Positions 59,857-63,572 of a DNA stretch of 63,572 nt are shown in pieces. A model generated the notes under the pieces. That model did not search any database. It was not told where the DNA came from and was given only the letters and a program-made list of their open reading frames with translations. The stretch spans positions 1 through 63,572 of the forward strand of contig CAZQOG010000003.1 of assembly GCA_964594925.1 (NCBI GenBank), given 5' to 3'. The position numbers and the translations under genes are program-made. This DNA is from an uncultured Desulfohalobiaceae bacterium (GTDB lineage: Bacteria; Desulfobacterota; Desulfovibrionia; Desulfovibrionales; CAZUBS01). Each line of letters starts with the position of its first letter. Position 1 is the stretch's first letter.

Positions 59857-60322
59857 ACTGCACCACCCACACCGTGCAGTTTTTGGCGTAGTGCACGACC
59901 TTGGTGGACACGCTGCCCATCAGGAACTCCTCCGCCTTGGACATTCCCCGGCGCCCGACAACGATGGTCCCGAAGCCCCCCTCCTCCTGCACTTTAAGGA
60001 TGTTCTGGGCGATGGAGGGTTCCATGGTGCACAGGTGGCGGATGGTGATGCTCTGCCGGGGTACCTTCAGGTCCTGGAGAATGGTGCGGGCCTGTTCCAG
60101 GAACTCCTGCGAGCGGGCCTCCTGCTCCCGGGACTTCTTTTCCCATTCCTGCTCATCGGGGAACAGATCCTTTTGGGGGGGGCGGGTGACGCTCAGCAGC
60201 TCGATGTGCAGGTCGGTTGTGCACATCCCCCCGGAGCACCCCAGAACGCGCCCGGTGTACTCCACGGCCCGCAGGGAGTTTTCCGAGGCGTCAACGGCAA
60301 TAAGGAACTTTTTGTAATTCAC
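59855..60322 (-). CDS. Universal stress protein (UspA family)
   Basis: FLIAVDASENS ... GTIVVGRRGMSKAEEFLMGSVSTKVV ATP-binding-type motif. GTG start overlapping the upstream stop (GTGA). Confidence 0.85.
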   Translation of the reverse strand: MNYKKFLIAVDASENSLRAVEYTGRVLGCSGGMCTTDLHIELLSVTRPPQKDLFPDEQEWEKKSREQEARSQEFLEQARTILQDLKVPRQSITIRHLCTMEPSIAQNILKVQEEGGFGTIVVGRRGMSKAEEFLMGSVSTKVVHYAKNCTVWVVQ

Positions 60323-61329
60323 GGGTCAGCCTCCTGTGGTTCACGTCCATGGCCGGCATCCCCCCGGGGGGCGAGAATGCCCAGGCAGGGTTCGAGGTCT
60401 GAAAGGAACTCGTCCACAGACTCGTAAAAGACCTCGGCTCCGGAAGAAAAGTGCAGCAGCACCCGGTTGAGCTCCTTGGGGACATAAGGGAAGATGGCGC
60501 GCAGGTTGGCGATGCGGTTCTTGAACAGCAGCAGAAAGTCGGTCTCGGCGAGCTTTTCGAGGCGGCTTTGAGCAACCCCCAGCTCTGTGATCTCCGTTGG
60601 GGTGTAGTAGGTCTTTCCGGTCAGGAAGAGCAGGTAGGCGCCGAGCCCGAATAGATCCAGTCCAAAGGGGTTCTCGTTGAAGTCGAAGGTGTAGTCGAAA
60701 TCGATCCAGCGGTAGTTGCCGGTCCCGCTTTCCACCCAGAGGTGGTCGCGGCGGATGTCGCCGTGTTTTTCCCAGTTGTCGTGCAGAAGCTTGATGGCCC
60801 GGCAGGAGTCGATGAACTTCTCCAGGATGCCGGGGAAATGCTGGAAAAAGTACTCCTCGTGGCCGACGGGTATTTTGTCCACAACTTCGTCCAGCCGGCC
60901 CCCGTGGATGACGTCGATCACCCTGACCACGTTCCCCCTGGTGTCCTTGAACGAGTGACCCTGCATGAATCGGATGTCTCCACGGACCAGGTTGAGAATC
61001 CTGGCTTCCTTTATGGGGCTTCGGTAGCACTGGATCTCGAAGGAGCCGATGGACAGGGGAAAGCTTTCATGGAAGACGAGCTTGAGGATCTTTTTTTCAC
61101 CGGACTGGAGGTGGGTGCAGCGCTTGACCCAGTACTTGGGGTCCTCGAGCCCGTAGCTGCGCTCCACCTCGTCGCGGTGGACCAGGTAGTCGTCCGACCC
61201 GAGCCTGATCACGTCCCCGTAGCTGATGCGCATGAAGTCGGAGGTGTCGGTGTACAGGCGCCCGGACTTGCGTCCCACCCGGGACTCCGGAAGATATTGC
61301 TCGATGAGCTTTTTGACTTCTGCCGTCAT
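60319..61329 (-). CDS. Protein-kinase-like fold protein (APH/choline-kinase-type HGD...IDFD motifs)
   Basis: Catalytic-loop-like HGDIRRDHLWV and metal-binding-like RWIDFDY. Strong GGGAGGGGG RBS. Confidence 0.55.
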   Translation of the reverse strand: MTAEVKKLIEQYLPESRVGRKSGRLYTDTSDFMRISYGDVIRLGSDDYLVHRDEVERSYGLEDPKYWVKRCTHLQSGEKKILKLVFHESFPLSIGSFEIQCYRSPIKEARILNLVRGDIRFMQGHSFKDTRGNVVRVIDVIHGGRLDEVVDKIPVGHEEYFFQHFPGILEKFIDSCRAIKLLHDNWEKHGDIRRDHLWVESGTGNYRWIDFDYTFDFNENPFGLDLFGLGAYLLFLTGKTYYTPTEITELGVAQSRLEKLAETDFLLLFKNRIANLRAIFPYVPKELNRVLLHFSSGAEVFYESVDEFLSDLEPCLGILAPRGDAGHGREPQEADP

Positions 61330-61579
61330 GTCCCCCTCCCTTTCTCATGTGTAAAAAAGATTCTGGCGTGTGACAAGAATTTCACGGCAGGGAGGGGTTT
61401 CGGGGAGGGATGTCTTGCCAGGACCACGCAATTCAATTAAGGAAATTTTTCCCCTGTTCAGGACATTGGCTGCACTTGGGCATCGGGCAGGGAAAACAGC
61501 ACCTGAAAACGAGAAATGAAGGACCAATTGTTTGTTGATTTTATTGATTTTTTTGCTTGCGACAAATTTCACTTTCGTC

Positions 61580-61608
61580 TTGACACGACCTTGCGGCCTT
61601 GTTAAATC
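61580..61608 (+). promoter_or_regulatory. Candidate sigma70-type promoter of aprBA (TTGACA-N17-TAAATC) with AT-rich upstream tract
   Basis: Read directly. It would give a ~160-nt leader before the aprB ATG at 61776. Confidence 0.4.
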
Positions 61609-61775
61609 GCTCACAAGCAATCCGGGTGCCCCGGTTTGTCCATATAGATTTTGTGGTGTCTGGCAGGGGGCTGAGTCCTCTGGGTGAGGATTCGGGTCCC
61701 TGCTTCCGCTTGCTGCCCCTGTTGCGGCAGCCCTTGTGGTGTCGGAAACAACTATTATTGAGGAGGTAGGATAGT

Positions 61776-62282
61776 ATGCCAACCTACGTAAACCCGGAAA
61801 AGTGTGACGGATGCAAGGGCGGCGAGAAGACGGCCTGCATGTACATCTGTCCCAATGACCTGATGATCCTCGACCCTGAGGAGATGAAGGCCTTCAACCA
61901 GGAACCCGAAGCATGCTGGGAGTGCTACTCCTGCATCAAGATCTGCCCCCAGGGCGCCATTACGGCCCGGCCTTACGCCGACTTCGCCCCCATGGGCGGC
62001 ACCTCCATCCCGCTGCGTTCCGCAGAGGACATCATGTGGACCATCCAGTTCCGCAACGGTGAGGTGAAGCGTTTCAAGTTCCCCATCCGGACCACCCCCG
62101 AAGGCTCCATCAAGCCTTACGAGGGCAAGCCCGAGCCCGGCGACCTGGAAAACGAGCTCCTGTTCACCGAGACCGAGTTGCCCAAGCCCAAGGAAACCCT
62201 GATGAAGAAGTTCGATGTTTCCGATGTCGACACCGACCAGTGCTGGATGGACATGCCCTGCGAGCCCGGCGCAAATCGCTAG
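61776..62282 (+). CDS. aprB: Adenylylsulfate (APS) reductase beta subunit
   Basis: MPTYVNPEKCDGCKGGEKTACMYICP and CWECYSCIKICP ferredoxin-type cluster motifs; GAGGAGG RBS. Confidence 0.95.
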   Translation: MPTYVNPEKCDGCKGGEKTACMYICPNDLMILDPEEMKAFNQEPEACWECYSCIKICPQGAITARPYADFAPMGGTSIPLRSAEDIMWTIQFRNGEVKRFKFPIRTTPEGSIKPYEGKPEPGDLENELLFTETELPKPKETLMKKFDVSDVDTDQCWMDMPCEPGANR

Positions 62283-62330
62283 GCCAGGCACCCGTCATTC
62301 CTGAACCCAAAGCGCTAAGGAGATACACAT

Positions 62331-63572
62331 ATGCCGACCATTCCCACCAAAGACGAACCCAAAGGGCTGGCCCTGGCCGAGCCCGAAGTGGTTGAGATCG
62401 ACACCGACCTGCTCATGGTCGGTGGCGGCATGGGCACCTGCGGCACCGCCTACGAGGCCGTGCGCTGGGCTGACAAGTTCGCCCCCGAGTTGAAGATCCT
62501 GATGGTTGACAAGGCCGCGCTCGAGCGCTCCGGCGCCGTGGCCCAGGGTCTGTCCGCCATCAACACCTACCTGGGCGAGAACGATCCCGACGATTACGTG
62601 CGCATGGTGCGCACCGACCTGATGGGCATCGTGCGCGAGGACCTGATCTTCGACCTGGGCACCCACGTCGACGACTCCGTGCACCTGTTCGAAGAGTGGG
62701 GCCTGCCCTGCTGGATCAAGAAGGAAGGAAAGAACCTGGACGGCGCCCAGGCCAAGGCCCAGGGCCTGTCCCTGCGCAACGGCGACACCCCGGTGCGTTC
62801 CGGCCGCTGGCAGATGATGATCAATGGTGAGTCCTACAAGTGCATCGTGGCCGAGGCCGCCAAGAACGCCTTGGGCGAAGACCGCTACATGGAGCGCATC
62901 TTCGTGGTCAAGCTGCTGCTCGACGCCAACGAGCCCAACCGCATTGCCGGCGCTGTGGGCTTTTCCGTGCGCGAGAACAAGGTCTACATCTTCAAGTGCA
63001 ATGCCTGCGTGGTTGCCGCCGGCGGCGCCGTGAACGTGTACAAGCCCCGCTCCACCGGTGAGGGCATGGGCCGCGCCTGGTACCCGGTCTGGAACGCCGG
63101 TTCCACCTACACCATGTGCGCCCAGGTCGGCGCCGAGATGACCATGATGGAAAACCGGTTCGTCCCCGCCCGCTTCAAGGACGGTTACGGCCCGGTCGGC
63201 GCCTGGTTCCTGCTCTTCAAGGCCAAAGCCACCAACTACAAGGGCGAAGACTACTGCGTGACCAACCGCGCCATGCTGAAGCCCTACGAGGAGCGCGGCT
63301 ACGCTCGCGGTCACATCATCCCCACCTGCCTGCGTAACCACATGATGCTTCGCGAGATGCGTGAAGGTCGCGGTCCCATCTACATGGACACCAAGACCGC
63401 TCTGCAGGAGTCCTTCAAGACCATGACCCCGGCCGAGCAGAAGCACCTCGAGGCCGAGGCCTGGGAAGACTTCCTCGACATGTGCGTTGGTCAGGCCAAC
63501 CTCTGGGCCGCCACCAACTGCGCCCCCGAGGAGCGCGGCTCCGAGATCATGCCCACCGAGCCCTACCTGCTC
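62331..63572 (+). CDS. aprA: Adenylylsulfate (APS) reductase alpha subunit, 5' part (414 codons, runs off the window)
   Basis: ATG 62331 after AAGGAG. MPTIPTKDEPKGLALAEPEVVEIDTDLLMVGGGMGTCG FAD-binding start. Open to the window end, so absent from the ORF track. Confidence 0.95.
   Translation, partial: MPTIPTKDEPKGLALAEPEVVEIDTDLLMVGGGMGTCGTAYEAVRWADKFAPELKILMVDKAALERSGAVAQGLSAINTYLGENDPDDYVRMVRTDLMGIVREDLIFDLGTHVDDSVHLFEEWGLPCWIKKEGKNLDGAQAKAQGLSLRNGDTPVRSGRWQMMINGESYKCIVAEAAKNALGEDRYMERIFVVKLLLDANEPNRIAGAVGFSVRENKVYIFKCNACVVAAGGAVNVYKPRSTGEGMGRAWYPVWNAGSTYTMCAQVGAEMTMMENRFVPARFKDGYGPVGAWFLLFKAKATNYKGEDYCVTNRAMLKPYEERGYARGHIIPTCLRNHMMLREMREGRGPIYMDTKTALQESFKTMTPAEQKHLEAEAWEDFLDMCVGQANLWAATNCAPEERGSEIMPTEPYLL

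Overview
High-GC chromosomal segment of a sulfate-reducing, Desulfovibrionales-like bacterium; sat, aprB and aprA lie at the 3' end. I call about 47 protein-coding genes on both strands, mostly housekeeping and signalling. In window order they are:
- a CheB-CheR-PAS fusion broken by one in-frame TAG, and two PAS hybrid histidine kinases;
- an orphan TPP-dependent E1 alpha/beta pair, MscS, a PAS-GGDEF protein, LOG and EamA;
- a YbhGFSR-like HlyD + ABC-2 exporter, ComM, LepA/LepB and a LytTR regulator;
- a 3'-truncated acetyl-CoA-synthetase homolog, a radical-SAM + cytochrome-P460-like pair, GT2 and GH15;
- a TonB-dependent receptor behind a cobalamin riboswitch, RecQ, U32 peptidase, PHP, Trm112 and TatD;
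- a NirK-like cupredoxin protein, PepP, DinB and PpiD;
- aconitase co-oriented with a DHp-only PAS sensor and a degenerate EPSP-synthase-fold protein;
- sat, then a USP + kinase-like pair on the opposite strand, then aprBA.

I saw no rRNA, tRNA, CRISPR array, transposase, integrase or recognisable defence gene.

The most unusual signal is non-coding. Most intergenic gaps are filled by two families of short-period tandem repeats:
- 9-nt units: GTGGACNNN and CGATAGGAC/GTCCTATCG;
- 7-nt units: GAAGNTN-type.

These repeats are arranged as opposed arrays that can form long imperfect hairpins. They recur as homologous composite elements, abut start and stop codons, and supply the C-terminal tails of several ORFs. 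One such locus encloses an Avd/IVP-type four-helix-bundle protein fused to a topoisomerase-type Zn ribbon. This repeat system is my best candidate for something undescribed. I found no novel multi-gene system of the defence-island type.

All family assignments were made by eye from motifs. Repeat coordinates were hand-counted and may be off by 1-2 nt.
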